A stretch of 64,000 nucleotides of DNA from Gammaproteobacteria bacterium. Its GTDB lineage: Bacteria > Pseudomonadota > Gammaproteobacteria > Enterobacterales > Alteromonadaceae. Numbering within the stretch: position 1 is the stretch's first letter; each line of letters opens with the position of its first letter. A program made the translations under genes and the position numbers. The notes beneath the pieces are model-generated. The model ran no database searches. It worked only from the letters and a program-made list of their open reading frames with translations, and was not told where the DNA came from. Shown piece after piece: positions 17,082-28,658 of this stretch. The DNA lies in the NCBI GenBank assembly GCA_017302255.1, contig JAFLDV010000001.1, forward strand, positions 126,237 through 190,236, given 5' to 3'.

Positions 17082-18470
17082 ATGGTTGGTTATCAGGAGT
17101 TTGCCATGTCAATTATTGAAATTTGCTTGAGTGGCGCCGGCTTGGTGCTGTTGGCGATGTGCATTTATTTGTTTCAAAAGCGTCAACATCTCAGTATCGA
17201 ACTCGTACGGGCGCAAACGCTATTGCAGGGACAGCAGCAACAAAATCAAGAGCTTCGAAATCAATTAGATATGCAAGTCGACGATGCTAAAGAGCAGCAG
17301 CTTGAGTTTGCCAAGCTCAAAGAAAAGTTCGACCGGTTACAAGTGGTTTTGTCAGAAAAGCAGCTGCAGTTTCAGCAGCAACTGAGTTTGTTACAAGAGA
17401 ATAAACAACAGCTTAAGCAAGAGTTCGAACTGCTGGCTAACGAAATTCTTGAACGTAAGGGCGTTCAATTTCAGCAACAAAGCAGCCAAACATTGCAGCA
17501 ATTGCTTACGCCAGTGCAGGCAGAATTAAAGGGTTTTCGCGATAAAGTTGAGGCTATTCATACTGAAGAGTTAAAACAACGTTCGGAGCTTAAAACCGAG
17601 CTAGTGCAGTTACAAAAACTCAATATGGCAATTACCGACCAAGCCAGTCAGCTGACGAATGCCCTGCAAGGTCAAAAAAAGCTCCAAGGCAATTGGGGCG
17701 AGTTGATGTTGGAAAATGTGCTGGAAAATTCCGGTTTGCGTTTAGGGGTGGATTATCGACGGGAAGTGAGCTTCCAAAGTGAAGGCGGTCGACGTCGTCC
17801 GGACGTTATTATTGATTTACCTCAGCAAAAGCATTTAGTTGTGGATGCAAAAACCTCATTGATCGCCTATACCCGTTATGTGAATGCTGAGCATGAGACT
17901 GATCGTCGGCTGGCCTTGCAAGAACATTGTCAGGCAGTTAGTGATCGAATTTCCGAGTTGGCCGATAAAAGTTATTACCAGCTTGATGGTTTAAACTCAC
18001 CTGAAGTGGTGTTTATGTTTATTCCGATTGAGTCGGCCTATGTTGAAGCGCTAAAGCACGACCCATTGTTGTATCAAAAGGCGCTAGAACGAAATGTACT
18101 GGTGGCGACACCAACCACCTTACTGACTAGTTTGAATATTGTTCGGCAATTGTGGCGCTTTGAGCAGCAGAACCAACATAGTGCTGAGCTAGCTAAGCGC
18201 GCCGAGCGCTTTTACAGCAAACTCACTGCATTTTTAGAAAGTATGCAAGGCGTCGGCAAACAACTAGACAAAGCCAGAGAAAGTTATGATAGGGCTCTTG
18301 CGCAGTTGTACAGCGGTAAAGGAAATTTGATTAAACAAGCCGCCGAGTTTAAAGAACTTGGCGTCGCAGTAAAAACCGAGCTTGCCGCCGATTTAGTGGA
18401 AAAAGCGCAGTTAGAATTACCGCAAGGGGTTGAATTATCAAGAGTTGCTACAGGAATTTCCGACGATTAA
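17082..18470 (+). CDS. rmuC: DNA recombination protein RmuC
   Basis: N-terminal TM, long coiled coil, conserved RmuC core GNWGELMLENVLENSGL...RRPDVII. Confidence 0.8.
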   Translation: MVGYQEFAMSIIEICLSGAGLVLLAMCIYLFQKRQHLSIELVRAQTLLQGQQQQNQELRNQLDMQVDDAKEQQLEFAKLKEKFDRLQVVLSEKQLQFQQQLSLLQENKQQLKQEFELLANEILERKGVQFQQQSSQTLQQLLTPVQAELKGFRDKVEAIHTEELKQRSELKTELVQLQKLNMAITDQASQLTNALQGQKKLQGNWGELMLENVLENSGLRLGVDYRREVSFQSEGGRRRPDVIIDLPQQKHLVVDAKTSLIAYTRYVNAEHETDRRLALQEHCQAVSDRISELADKSYYQLDGLNSPEVVFMFIPIESAYVEALKHDPLLYQKALERNVLVATPTTLLTSLNIVRQLWRFEQQNQHSAELAKRAERFYSKLTAFLESMQGVGKQLDKARESYDRALAQLYSGKGNLIKQAAEFKELGVAVKTELAADLVEKAQLELPQGVELSRVATGISDD

Positions 18471-18475
18471 TCGGA

Positions 18476-19264
18476 ATGTTGCTGATTTTACTGCCACTTT
18501 CTGAAGTTGCAGTGGCAACGCCTGCGCCAACCGAACCCTGTCATTTGACTGCGCACTTAAATGAGTCACCGGAAACCGCCAAAGCTGAAGGCTTGACCCT
18601 GCCGCGTTGGTACGACTTACATCAACGCATCTTACGTTTACTTACTGATGAAGCCGGTTGCACCTTAGAGGTGGTGGGAAGTCCATGGCCCCGTTCGTTA
18701 AATTTACTCAAGAGCGGTGACATCGATTTGATGCTTACCGTGTCCTATACCGAAGAGCGTAATCAGTTTGCTGAATTTCTTGGTGTGCACTACATGGAAG
18801 AGTCGGTGTTGGTCATCGATAAACAATATGCCAGCCGGATCCGCAAATTAACCGATATTGGATTGTTACCCGGCTTTGTTGGGGTCCTGCGTGATGCTTA
18901 TTACGGTGAAGAATTTGAACAGGTTAAGGCTGATCCTGACTTTCAGCAGTATTTGTTGTACGCCAATACCTTAACGCAAAAGCTCAATATGCTTAAACGC
19001 CAGCGTGTGCTTGGCAGTGTCGAAGACAAAACCCAATTTGTTGAGTGGAACCGCCAATACCCAGAGCTCGCGCAACGTTATCAGATTGTACTCACTTTAC
19101 ATCGAGCGCCTGTGTATATCGTCGCAAGTCGGCAGGGTGTCTCGAAAGAGCTGCGGCAACATTTAAAAGATAGTTGGGCGAAAGTGTATGGCTCGCCAGA
19201 GCACTTAGCCATCCTCGCTGAATTTGGCTGGAGCTTAGATGAAAGCGATACCGCTGCCAGATAA
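18476..19264 (+). CDS. hypothetical periplasmic protein, solute-binding-protein family-3-like fold
   Basis: Signal-like N-terminus. Gestalt similar to orphan amino-acid-type SBP-domain proteins. Weak assignment. Confidence 0.35.
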   Translation: MLLILLPLSEVAVATPAPTEPCHLTAHLNESPETAKAEGLTLPRWYDLHQRILRLLTDEAGCTLEVVGSPWPRSLNLLKSGDIDLMLTVSYTEERNQFAEFLGVHYMEESVLVIDKQYASRIRKLTDIGLLPGFVGVLRDAYYGEEFEQVKADPDFQQYLLYANTLTQKLNMLKRQRVLGSVEDKTQFVEWNRQYPELAQRYQIVLTLHRAPVYIVASRQGVSKELRQHLKDSWAKVYGSPEHLAILAEFGWSLDESDTAAR

Positions 19265-19727
19265 CCCGCAGTTCATTTGGGTCGGTGGGGCTTTGGATCA
19301 GCACACTCGGCTACTTGGTCGACATGTGCGGGCAGATCAGCATTATGTACAATGGTTTGAACATCAACGCTTGCGCCGATTGCTACAAAACATCCCTGCA
19401 GAGCAAATTGTGCTGATTGGGCACAGTTATGGTGCAAGTACCGCGGCAAAATTGGTGGCGAAAGGCCATCAAGTCAATCTACTCATTACGCTGGATCCCG
19501 TCGGTTGGGGGCCAGTGGCACTCGCAAGAATCCCGCAATATTGCCAACATTGGCTGAACTTCAGAGCTGCCAACACTAAAGCGAACTTCGCTAACATCGT
19601 CGCTCGCGCTGGTGGTTGGTGGCAGCATGCCCCTCTCGATTTTGCGCATCAACATATTGATATCGACGCTGACCATGCGTTAGTCGTCAGCAAAGCTTTA
19701 ACTCGATTGGTATGGTCAGCAGCTTGA
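19239..19727 (+). CDS. small alpha/beta-hydrolase-fold protein
   Basis: GHSYG nucleophile elbow (GxSxG). 162 aa. Overlaps the upstream gene by 26 nt. Confidence 0.4.
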   Translation: MKAIPLPDNPQFIWVGGALDQHTRLLGRHVRADQHYVQWFEHQRLRRLLQNIPAEQIVLIGHSYGASTAAKLVAKGHQVNLLITLDPVGWGPVALARIPQYCQHWLNFRAANTKANFANIVARAGGWWQHAPLDFAHQHIDIDADHALVVSKALTRLVWSAA

Positions 19728-19894
19728 TGTGCGTGTTTGCAATTAACTGCGCAAGGGAAGCGTAAACTAAGAATTGCCCTGCACTTGGTCGCAGTAGATT
19801 ATGAGACGGTCGCATTGTGCAGAAAATGCAATGTGGCAGTTGGTGACAATTTTGTTATGCTGGATTTTTGCTAATTAGACTGGAGCTCATTGTT

Positions 19895-22090
19895 ATGCCT
19901 ATTCAAGGAACGTCATCGCTTAAAGGTTTTATGTTAACTGCGGTCGCAGTATCGTTATTGGCTGCATGTGGACCGAAACCATCGACTGAGGAGACTGCTG
20001 TGACTGCACCAGCCGCTGCAACCCAAGCGACCAAATTGACTTACCCGGTTACTGCTAAAGGTGAAGTTGTTGACACTTACTTCGACAGCCAAGTCGCAGA
20101 TCCATATCGTTGGTTAGAAGACGATCGCAGCGCGCAAACTGGTGACTGGGTTAAAGCGCAAAACAAAGTGACCTTCGACTATTTAGCGCAAATTAGTTAC
20201 CGCGAGCAAATTAAGCAACGTTTAGAAGCCTTGTGGAACTATGAAAAAATTGGCGCGCCAGCGACAGAAGGCGATTACACCTATTTCTATAAAAACGACG
20301 GTTTACAAAATCAGTTCGTGGTTTATCGGCAAAAAGCCGGTGCTGCTGCTGAAGTGTTTTTAGATCCAAATACCTTCTCTGCTGATGGCACAACCTCACT
20401 GGCGGATCTGCAATTTACTGAAGACGGTAAAATCGCAGCATACGCAATTTCTGAAGGTGGCAGCGATTGGCGCAAAGTAATTATCATCGATACCGAAACT
20501 AAGCAAAAACTTGAGCCTGAGCTGGTAGACGTGAAGTTCTCTGGCATTTCTTGGAAAGGCACAGACGGTTTCTTCTATTCAAGTTACGACAAACCGACCG
20601 GTAGTGAATTATCAGCGAAAACTGATCAACACAAATTGTATTACCACAAGTTGGGTACGGCGCAAAAAGATGACGTGGTGTTATTTGGTGCGACTGAAGC
20701 GGAAAAACACCGTTATGTCGGCGGTCAAGTTACTGAAGATGGAAAATATTTAGTCGTTTCTGCAGCAAACGCGACCTCTGGCAATAAGTTGTTAGTGAAA
20801 GATTTAACCAAGCCAGATAGCGCTTTTGTCACTTTAGACGGCGAAGGCAGCGCTGACTACACACTGGTCGATAGTGCTGGTGATGTGTTGTATTTCGAAA
20901 CCAACTTTAAAGCGCCAAATAAACGTCTGGTCGCTGTCGATATGAAAAATCCGGCGCAAGATAAGTGGCAGGACATCATTGCAGAAACCGGCAATGTGCT
21001 GTCAGTGAGTAAAGGCGGCGGTTCATTCTTCGCAACTTATATGGTTGATGCCGTATCGAAAGTCCAACAATACAGCTACGAAGGCAAATTAGTCCGTGAT
21101 ATTACCTTGCCGGGTGTTGGTACTGTCAGTGGGTTCGATGGCAAAGCGAAAGATACTACTTTGTATTTCACCTTTACCAACTACAGCACGCCAGGTTCTA
21201 TCTATGCGTTTAATCCGCAAGATGGCTCGTCACAAGTGCACTTTAAGCCAGCAGTGAAGTTCAATAGCGACGATTATGAATCGAAGCAGGTGTTCTACAC
21301 CTCGAAAGATGGCACCAAAGTGCCGATGATCATCACCGCGAAAAAAGGCATCAAACTCGATGGCACTAATCCAACCATGTTGTATGGCTACGGCGGTTTT
21401 AACGTCAGTCTGACCCCAAGTTTCAGCGTTTCCAACTTAGTGTGGATGGAGATGGGCGGCGTTTATGCAGTACCAAACCTGCGTGGTGGTGGTGAATACG
21501 GCAAAGCTTGGCATGATGCCGGTATTCAAATGCGCAAACAAAATGTGTTCGACGATTTTATTGCTGCTGGCGAATACTTGATTGCTAACAACTACACCTC
21601 TAGTGGCAAATTGGCTATTCGTGGTGGCTCTAACGGCGGTCTGTTGGTTGGTGCTGTGATGACACAACGCCCAGATCTAATGAAAGTTGCGTTACCAGGC
21701 GTCGGTGTATTGGACATGCTGCGTTACCATACCTTCACTGCAGGCGCAGGTTGGGGTTATGACTACGGCACCGCAGAGCAATCTAAAGAAATGTTCGCCT
21801 ACCTCAAAGGCTACTCACCAGTGCATAACGTGAAAGCCGATGTTGCGTATCCAGCGACGCTGGTGACAACTGGCGACCACGATGACCGCGTAGTGCCTGC
21901 ACACAGCTTTAAATTTGCAGCTGAGCTCCAAGCGAAAGCTGGCGGCACTAATCCACAGTTAATTCGTATTGAAACCAACGCCGGCCATGGCGCAGGGACG
22001 CCAGTGTCGAAATTAGTTGAACAAACTGCCGATACTTGGGGTTTCACTTTATGGAATATGGGAGTCACCAGTATTCCAGAAGTGAAGTAA
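19895..22090 (+). CDS. prolyl oligopeptidase (S9A family) lipoprotein
   Basis: Lipobox LLAACG. Beta-propeller N-domain. Catalytic-domain motifs [19 protein letters not shown] (Ser nucleophile) and the Asp/His region. GGAG RBS before the ATG at 19895. Confidence 0.85.
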   Translation: MPIQGTSSLKGFMLTAVAVSLLAACGPKPSTEETAVTAPAAATQATKLTYPVTAKGEVVDTYFDSQVADPYRWLEDDRSAQTGDWVKAQNKVTFDYLAQISYREQIKQRLEALWNYEKIGAPATEGDYTYFYKNDGLQNQFVVYRQKAGAAAEVFLDPNTFSADGTTSLADLQFTEDGKIAAYAISEGGSDWRKVIIIDTETKQKLEPELVDVKFSGISWKGTDGFFYSSYDKPTGSELSAKTDQHKLYYHKLGTAQKDDVVLFGATEAEKHRYVGGQVTEDGKYLVVSAANATSGNKLLVKDLTKPDSAFVTLDGEGSADYTLVDSAGDVLYFETNFKAPNKRLVAVDMKNPAQDKWQDIIAETGNVLSVSKGGGSFFATYMVDAVSKVQQYSYEGKLVRDITLPGVGTVSGFDGKAKDTTLYFTFTNYSTPGSIYAFNPQDGSSQVHFKPAVKFNSDDYESKQVFYTSKDGTKVPMIITAKKGIKLDGTNPTMLYGYGGFNVSLTPSFSVSNLVWMEMGGVYAVPNLRGGGEYGKAWHDAGIQMRKQNVFDDFIAAGEYLIANNYTSSGKLAIRGGSNGGLLVGAVMTQRPDLMKVALPGVGVLDMLRYHTFTAGAGWGYDYGTAEQSKEMFAYLKGYSPVHNVKADVAYPATLVTTGDHDDRVVPAHSFKFAAELQAKAGGTNPQLIRIETNAGHGAGTPVSKLVEQTADTWGFTLWNMGVTSIPEVK

Positions 22091-22122
22091 TGCGAAGGTC
22101 AACACCTTAACTGTACCTCTGA

Positions 22123-22156
22123 ATAACGCCGGTTTTAAACCGGCGTTATGCTTTTT
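22123..22156 (+). terminator. rho-independent terminator
   Basis: ATAACGCCGGttttaaaCCGGCGTTATgcTTTTT. Confidence 0.8.
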
Positions 22157-22366
22157 CAGCCGACTAAAAGCGAAGTATCAGCATTAGCGGTGTGGCTTTT
22201 GGGGGGCGATGTTGTCCCTAACACGCTGATTTTTCGCCATGAAAATACGACTTACATCAATATTGTTACAATTTGACAAGAATTTCTCAGCGAACACGCG
22301 TGACTTTTTTTTGAGCAGTGCTATCTTAAACAAAAATATAACGGATGTACCTGAAAGGGAGTTGTT

Positions 22367-22693
22367 ATGCTGGTAACTTTGATTGGCTGGTTCATTTTAT
22401 TGGCGGGCATGCTGCTCATTCGTTTTCCTCATTTTTGCCAAGTGCTCCGCCAAGAGGATGAAGCCTTGTGGTTACAACTTGATTCACCGAGCGGTTATGC
22501 GCTGGTCGACCACGGCAAGACTATTGAAGTTTTTAGTTGGTTACTCGAGCGCGGTTTCGAACAATCCTCCAGTCAAGAAGTGCAGCAACTTGGTATCAGT
22601 GCCTACAAACAAGCCTTTATTGCTCGGACTCTTATGTTTAGTGGTTTGAGTCTGATGGTGCTTGGGTTATTGCATCGAATCTTTTTTGTGTGA
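22367..22693 (+). CDS. small hypothetical membrane protein
   Basis: 108 aa with N- and C-terminal TM helices. Overlapping alternative-frame ORF 22383..22649 makes the call uncertain. Confidence 0.3.
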   Translation: MLVTLIGWFILLAGMLLIRFPHFCQVLRQEDEALWLQLDSPSGYALVDHGKTIEVFSWLLERGFEQSSSQEVQQLGISAYKQAFIARTLMFSGLSLMVLGLLHRIFFV

Positions 22694-22728
22694 TACTGCC
22701 GCTATAGTTTAATGATTAGTTCGAGTTT

Positions 22729-23796
22729 TTGTTAATGCATCAAGGCTGTATTGCTCACTGTGAGCCAACCGGTTTCTTTAGAACAAAAGCCCTTGTGCAT
22801 TTTGCTTGTTTTACTCTTTTCTTGTTTTGCTCCCCGCTCTATGCGGCCACTGTGGTGATAACGCTGCAAAATGGCGACAGAATTAGTGGTGAGCTAGTCG
22901 ACGAAACACCCACGCAGCTGCAAATCAAAACCTCTTATGCGGCAATTATTGCCGTTGATAAAACTCAGATCAGTCAAATGCAACCTTCAGCTGACAGCGC
23001 GCAAGCGTCGAATCAGCAGGCAGACGTTGCGCCAACTGCGACGGTCGCAAGTCCAGTCGCTGAAACTTCGGCGAAGCAACCATGGCATTTGGACGTCGAT
23101 ATCAGCGCCAGCAATCGCCGTGGTAAAGAGCAATCGGATAATTTAAGTATCAGTAGCGACTGGGAATTGCGGGACTTGGCATGGCGTTACAGTATTGGTG
23201 CCGAATTTGATTATGAAATAAAGCAAAACGTACGCAAAGCTCATAAGTACAGCATCAATCCTGGTCTCGATTATTTCTATAGTGAACAAGTGTTTGGTCG
23301 CGCTAAGCTCGACTACAGCTATAACTTTCTGGCTGCCGATTACAAAAACATTGATGTCAGCATGGGCCCAGGCTTTAGTTTTTTTAAAGACAGAGATGAA
23401 TTGCGGCTGGAATTGATGGCCTTAGTTGGGGTGAAAAAAGCCTATTTCCGCGGTGATGAGTTTTTGCTGGCGTTACTTGGTCAGCGTGAATCGATCCGTT
23501 TTCGCTTTGCTTCGCTTGATTACGACTATCAGTATCAACTCCCGGCAACAGCCTTAGAATGGTATGCCAAAGGTTCAATTCTAAAAATGCTTGATCAACC
23601 CATCGAGTTATTGGACTTTAAATATGAAGTGCATAACGAAATGGGCGTGCGGTATTGGCTGACCGACAAAATTCGTCTTAGTTGGTCGGTTCAGCATGAT
23701 TGGACTGGTATCGATTTGGTGCTCAGCGATGGCACAGTTCACCCGTTAGATATCAAAGACATCCGGCAAAAGCTGAGCATTGGTGCCAGCTTCTAA
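22729..23796 (+). CDS. outer-membrane beta-barrel protein, DUF481/YdiY-like
   Basis: Signal peptide. N-terminal ...ITLQNGDRISGELVDETP... segment typical of DUF481. Alternating beta-strand pattern. C-terminal ...LSIGASF ending in Phe. Confidence 0.45.
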   Translation: MLMHQGCIAHCEPTGFFRTKALVHFACFTLFLFCSPLYAATVVITLQNGDRISGELVDETPTQLQIKTSYAAIIAVDKTQISQMQPSADSAQASNQQADVAPTATVASPVAETSAKQPWHLDVDISASNRRGKEQSDNLSISSDWELRDLAWRYSIGAEFDYEIKQNVRKAHKYSINPGLDYFYSEQVFGRAKLDYSYNFLAADYKNIDVSMGPGFSFFKDRDELRLELMALVGVKKAYFRGDEFLLALLGQRESIRFRFASLDYDYQYQLPATALEWYAKGSILKMLDQPIELLDFKYEVHNEMGVRYWLTDKIRLSWSVQHDWTGIDLVLSDGTVHPLDIKDIRQKLSIGASF

Positions 23797-24144
23797 CTCA
23801 CCTGTGCCTTGCCAAAGAGGGCAATGCCAGCGCTAAAAGCGTGGCGTTCCTTGTCTTGCCGAGCCGCACGCTAAATGCCTCTAGAAATCGACTTTCGCCA
23901 TCAACTCCTGGGCTTAGTGGTCGCTTAGCTATTCATCCGAGCTAAATAGCGATTATGGTGACAAAATAGTGAAATTTTTGATCCGCGCTAGTATACAAAA
24001 CTGCCTAAATTTTCCGCAACTGTAAAGCTTCTGCATTCGAATTCATTAGGCAGTACAAAAAATGTCATCTATGTTCAGACCCAGCCGGCCAACAAACAAC
24101 AAGAGCCGGTAAAGACGATACTATCAACATGGCAAGGATTAATT

Positions 24145-26145
24145 ATGAAACTTTCACATGCGGCTGCAGCTCTGCTGTTGGCCTCATCGAGTAATGCCGC
24201 ATTCGCGGCGGCACCGACCACATTTGTACATTTATTTGAATGGCGCTGGAGTGATGTTGCGCAAGAATGCGAAACGTTTTTAGGACCGAATGGCTTCGCC
24301 GCCGTTCAGGTTTCTCCACCAAATGAGCATATTCAAGGCTCGCAGTGGTGGACGCGTTATCAACCCGTGAGTTATCTGTTGGAGAGTCGCGGTGGCAGTC
24401 GTGCGGCTTTTATCAACATGGTCCAACGTTGTAATGCCGCAGGCGTTGCAATTTATGTCGATGCGATTATCAACCACATGGCCAATGGCAGTGGCGTCGG
24501 GACCGCGGGCAGTAACTACGGCAATCGCCAATATCCAATTTATTCAGGTCAAGATTTCCATGCAGCATGTGCCATCAATGGCTCTGATTACGGCAACAAT
24601 CGTTGGCGTGTACAGAATTGCGAGCTCTCGGGTTTACCAGATTTAAATACTGGTTTGCCTTATGTGCAAAACACTATCGCCGCCTACATGAATGAACTGA
24701 CCAGCTTAGGCGTGAAAGGTTTCCGTTTGGATGCAGCTAAGCACATGTCGGTTGAAGACATTGCCGCGATCCGGGGCAAATTGACTGGCGCGCCATTGAT
24801 TTACCAAGAAGTAATTGACCAAGGTGGTGAAGCAATCACTTCCAGCGAATACACCGGCCAAGGTTTGGTCATTGAATTCAAATACAGTACACAGCTCGGC
24901 AACGTATTTAAAACTGGTCGTTTAGCGTCTCTACGCAATTTTGGCGAAGGTTGGGGCTTTTTACCGAGCAGTCGCGCCGTAGTTTTTGTGGATAACCATG
25001 ATAACCAACGCGGCCATGGCGGTGCGGGCAATGTAGTGACCTACAAAGATGGTCGTATGTATGACTTAGCCAACGTGTTTATGCTGGCGTACCCCTACGG
25101 CTATACCCAAGTAATGTCGAGCTATGACTACAAAGGCGATACCGACGCTGGCGGTCCAGTGATCCCGGTCCATCAAAATGGTCAGTTGAACTGTTTCGGC
25201 ACTGACTGGAAGTGTGAGCATCGTTGGAGTTACATCGCAGGTGCAGCGCAATTCCGCAATAATACCGTCAACGAATGGCGTGTCACCAATTGGTGGGATA
25301 ACGGCAATAACCAGATTGCGTTTGGTCGTGGTGCTGCCGGTTTTGTTGCGATAAACAAAGAAAGTTATGCATTAAATACCAGTTTGGCTACCAGTATGGC
25401 GCCAGGTCAGTATTGTAACGTGCTCAAAGGTAAACGCAGCAGTGACCAAAAATCTTGTACCGGCGAGGTGATTACTGTTGGTGGCGACGGTCGGATCCAA
25501 GCAAATGTTGCCTCTTGGGATGCGTTTGCTATTCATCAAGATAGCAAACTAACGACCGGTGGTGGCACTCCGGGGGCGGATTGGCAGCGCACGGTAGTGT
25601 TTATCCAAGCGCAAACCTTAAGTGGCCAAGACATGTTTGTCCGCGGCGGTCTTGATCATCAAGTGGCTCTTAACCAAAAAGGTTTAAGTTGCACCGCGAC
25701 GAACTTCTTGTGTGCAATGCCTATTCGCCATCGGAATCTGAAAAACGCGACTACAGCGCCATGGAAAGCTAACGACAATTACCTCGATTGGTACGGTCGC
25801 GAAGCAAGTCAAAGCGCAACTGCAGAAGGCACTCCGCTGGATTGGACCACCAATCTATGGCCGAGCAGTTGGGGCGCACTACGCACAGTGCCGGTGGATG
25901 GTTATGGTCAAGAAGTCCTTAACACGTTCGGTCAGCACTACTGGATGATGGATGTAGATATGGACTGCAGCAAAACCCTGAACGGTTGGTTTGAGCTGAA
26001 GGCGTATGTGAAAAATGGTCAAGGATGGGAAGGGGATATCAGTCAAGCGAATCCACCTTACTCAACCAAAAACCACTTGGCACAGTGTGGCAAATTAAAC
26101 AAATTTGAATTTGGTAGTTCTGCGGCATTAGTAACCAACTTGTAA
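24145..26145 (+). CDS. amyA: chloride-dependent alpha-amylase (GH13) with about 190-aa C-terminal extension
   Basis: Near-colinear with the Pseudoalteromonas haloplanktis/animal-type enzyme: [51 protein letters not shown]. Signal peptide present. Confidence 0.9.
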   Translation: MKLSHAAAALLLASSSNAAFAAAPTTFVHLFEWRWSDVAQECETFLGPNGFAAVQVSPPNEHIQGSQWWTRYQPVSYLLESRGGSRAAFINMVQRCNAAGVAIYVDAIINHMANGSGVGTAGSNYGNRQYPIYSGQDFHAACAINGSDYGNNRWRVQNCELSGLPDLNTGLPYVQNTIAAYMNELTSLGVKGFRLDAAKHMSVEDIAAIRGKLTGAPLIYQEVIDQGGEAITSSEYTGQGLVIEFKYSTQLGNVFKTGRLASLRNFGEGWGFLPSSRAVVFVDNHDNQRGHGGAGNVVTYKDGRMYDLANVFMLAYPYGYTQVMSSYDYKGDTDAGGPVIPVHQNGQLNCFGTDWKCEHRWSYIAGAAQFRNNTVNEWRVTNWWDNGNNQIAFGRGAAGFVAINKESYALNTSLATSMAPGQYCNVLKGKRSSDQKSCTGEVITVGGDGRIQANVASWDAFAIHQDSKLTTGGGTPGADWQRTVVFIQAQTLSGQDMFVRGGLDHQVALNQKGLSCTATNFLCAMPIRHRNLKNATTAPWKANDNYLDWYGREASQSATAEGTPLDWTTNLWPSSWGALRTVPVDGYGQEVLNTFGQHYWMMDVDMDCSKTLNGWFELKAYVKNGQGWEGDISQANPPYSTKNHLAQCGKLNKFEFGSSAALVTNL

Positions 26146-26190
26146 ACTATGATCCATCGGAGTAGGCTAAAAACCAGTTCCGGCAAAACC

Positions 26191-26218
26191 AAGGCAACTC
26201 AATGAGTTGCCTTTTTTG
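26191..26218 (+). terminator. rho-independent terminator after amyA
   Basis: AAGGCAACTCaatGAGTTGCCTTTTTTG. Confidence 0.8.
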
Positions 26219-26288
26219 CTCAAGGGAACCTGTGTTGGTTCATCGACCTTACGGGTAAAGATTAATAGCTTTGCAGAGGTAACTTGGG

Positions 26289-26648
26289 ATGGGTTTGATT
26301 TCACAACTATTGATAGGTTTTGTCGCGCTACTGCACTTTTATATTTTAGTGTTGGAAATGTTTTTATGGACCAGCCCGAAGGGGCGCAAAGTTTTTGGTT
26401 TGACTGAAGAATTTGCTGAGCAGTCGAAAGTGCTAGCGGCAAACCAAGGCTTGTACAACGGCTTTCTCGCGGCAGGGTTAAGTTGGGCACTACTGCAAGG
26501 ATCCAGCGGAACTGCGACGGCGATTTTTTTCTTAAGTTGTGTGTTGGTGGCGGGTGTTTACGGTGGGATAACTGCAAAGCCGAAAATTCTGTTTATTCAA
26601 GCCATGCCAGCCGCAGTATCATTGCTAGCGATTTGGTTCGCCATTTAA
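26289..26648 (+). CDS. DUF1304-family small membrane protein
   Basis: 119 aa with 4 TM segments and the LHFYILVLEMFLW... pattern typical of DUF1304. Confidence 0.5.
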   Translation: MGLISQLLIGFVALLHFYILVLEMFLWTSPKGRKVFGLTEEFAEQSKVLAANQGLYNGFLAAGLSWALLQGSSGTATAIFFLSCVLVAGVYGGITAKPKILFIQAMPAAVSLLAIWFAI

Positions 26649-26755
26649 CAAAAATGCCGTTCCAACGAGCTCGCGAAATGATTCGCTAAGTCGTTTAGAA
26701 CGGCAATTTTTCTTGATGCTTCGAAGCGATAATCTGCTAACTGAGACGTTCGCGC

Positions 26756-27337
26756 TTAGAATCGATATTTTTCTGCACCAGGAATTGGCGCATCTTCTTC
26801 GTACACAACAACTTGCACATCGCGGTCACGATCTCGAACTTTCTTGCAGAATTCTGCTTTCTGGTTAGAGCCGATTTGTTTTGCTTCTCTGTTGCATGAC
26901 ATCAACTGTGCCTTCACGCCATATTTGGCGATATGTTGGTCGATGATTTTTTGCAGTTGTTCACGTTGCTCTGCAGTCAGCTTTGCCGTTAACCCGTCAT
27001 AGTTTTTTTGCCAGGTTGGTTCTCTTTGTTCAAGCGATACTGCCATCCACACTAAACCTTGCACCATATCTGGTTCGGTACCGGCACCAGCTAAGTAGTA
27101 TGAACCGACAATATTCTGTGCAACCTTTTCACCGTAACGCGCATATTGCAGCAGTACTGGGAATGCATCGGCATGACGGTTTTGCTGTGCTTGGCGCAGC
27201 GCGATAGTCAGTGGTGATTCGTATGCCAAGTTTTTCACTAACACTGTTTTGCCTGCAGCAAAAGCTGAAGTGCTAGAGAAAATTAATGCTGTTAAGCCCA
27301 TCATTAAAATTGAACGTTTCATGGTAAGTCCCTTCAT
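26756..27337 (-). CDS. periplasmic Sel1/TPR-like repeat protein
   Basis: Signal peptide MKRSILMMGLTALIFSSTSAFA. AQNIVGSYYLAGAGTEPDMVQGLVWMAVS Sel1-like repeat. Confidence 0.5.
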   Translation of the reverse strand: MKGLTMKRSILMMGLTALIFSSTSAFAAGKTVLVKNLAYESPLTIALRQAQQNRHADAFPVLLQYARYGEKVAQNIVGSYYLAGAGTEPDMVQGLVWMAVSLEQREPTWQKNYDGLTAKLTAEQREQLQKIIDQHIAKYGVKAQLMSCNREAKQIGSNQKAEFCKKVRDRDRDVQVVVYEEDAPIPGAEKYRF

Positions 27338-27748
27338 ACAGTTGATGAAGACATCCTAACTGAGGTTTGAGAGAAATAGTCATTTCATTGTTTAACGATT
27401 TGTAACAAGTAATATAAGGCATGGACTGAACGCTCTTCAGTGATTATGTAGAAGAATAACTAATTAACCAATTGAATTTAAATGATTTAATTGTTGGGTG
27501 CTTTATGGGTCATTCAGAAGGAACACTGCCACATCGCTGATATGCTTGTTACTGCCCTTACGGAACTTGATACATCAAGTTACATTTGGTGCACTAGTTT
27601 CCCAATGGGATAGCGCTATTTCTCAACTTTGCTTGGGATTTGGCGTCGGGATAGTTAGCAATCCTAGTTCATTTAAAATTCAGTCATTGCCTGTAGTTTG
27701 GTAGCCATTAATTTGCCACAAACAATTTAGCAATGTTAAGGAACTACA

Positions 27749-28549
27749 ATGAGCTTTATCTATCAAGCACTTAGCCGCCAATTTCGCTCTTCGCAAAGTG
27801 CTCGCGTTATGACAACAGCACTGACTGTTGTTGCTATGCTGTTTGGGCTTAATGGTTGTTCGAGTTATACAACTCCGGGCGCGGGCGTGCAGTTAACGCA
27901 ACTCGCCGATGCCGATATCAATGAATTGATGGCCAAGCAGCCCGCGGCGAAATTCCCTGCACGAATTGCTTTTACCCGAGTGCAAGCTTCAGGGTATTCG
28001 GCTTACGGTACTGGAAGTTATGGCAATGGAGCATTCAGCGTTGTTACATCGAGAGAAATGGAAAACGAAGCCGAATTTATGAAACTCGGCCAAATGGAAG
28101 GCGTGGCGGGTGTTGCGCCACTCAACCGAATTTTACTTCCCGCGCAATTGTTCTCGATTAAAGACTTACGACTCGCCGCGGCCCGTCTACAAACCGATAT
28201 GCTATTGGTGTATACCTTTGACACCAGCTTTCATGTGGGCTCCCAGCATTTCGCGCCACTCAACGCTATTGCCTTGGGGTTTCTAGAAAACAAAGAAATC
28301 ACGGTAACCACCACTGCATCAGCGGCATTATTTGATGTGCGCACCGAGTTTTTGTATGGCGTTGCTGAAAGCACTGCACAACAAAGTGGGATGTCTTCCG
28401 TGTGGAGCGAGGAAAGTGAAGTCGATGATTTACGGAAAAAAGCGGAGCAAGCTGCCTTTAAAAGTTTAGTGCCGGAAATGGCGAAGACTTGGCAGCGACT
28501 AGTGAAACAGTATCAAGTGAAGCCGCCATTAGCGGCAGCGCCACAATAA
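27749..28549 (+). CDS. hypothetical lipoprotein
   Basis: Lipobox LFGLNGCSS after hydrophobic stretch. True start may be the internal ATG near 27809. Confidence 0.45.
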   Translation: MSFIYQALSRQFRSSQSARVMTTALTVVAMLFGLNGCSSYTTPGAGVQLTQLADADINELMAKQPAAKFPARIAFTRVQASGYSAYGTGSYGNGAFSVVTSREMENEAEFMKLGQMEGVAGVAPLNRILLPAQLFSIKDLRLAAARLQTDMLLVYTFDTSFHVGSQHFAPLNAIALGFLENKEITVTTTASAALFDVRTEFLYGVAESTAQQSGMSSVWSEESEVDDLRKKAEQAAFKSLVPEMAKTWQRLVKQYQVKPPLAAAPQ

Positions 28550-28576
28550 AACTCTGCTTGCAAAGACTCAAAAAAA

Positions 28577-28609
28577 AGCCCACCGATGTTGCCATGGTGG
28601 GCTTTTTTT
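28577..28609. terminator. bidirectional rho-independent terminator
   Basis: AAAAAAAGCCCACCgatgttgccatGGTGGGCTTTTTTT between convergent genes (28549 and 28659). Confidence 0.8.
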
Positions 28610-28658
28610 GTGGTTTTGGCGTGTTGCTACAGGGTTTTAGCTGCCGCAACTTGCTGAT

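Noticed and set aside
26167-26577. ORF 26167..26577(-)
   Set aside because: It overlaps the DUF1304-like plus-strand gene, which has membrane-protein character and an RBS. The minus ORF starts inside the amyA terminator.
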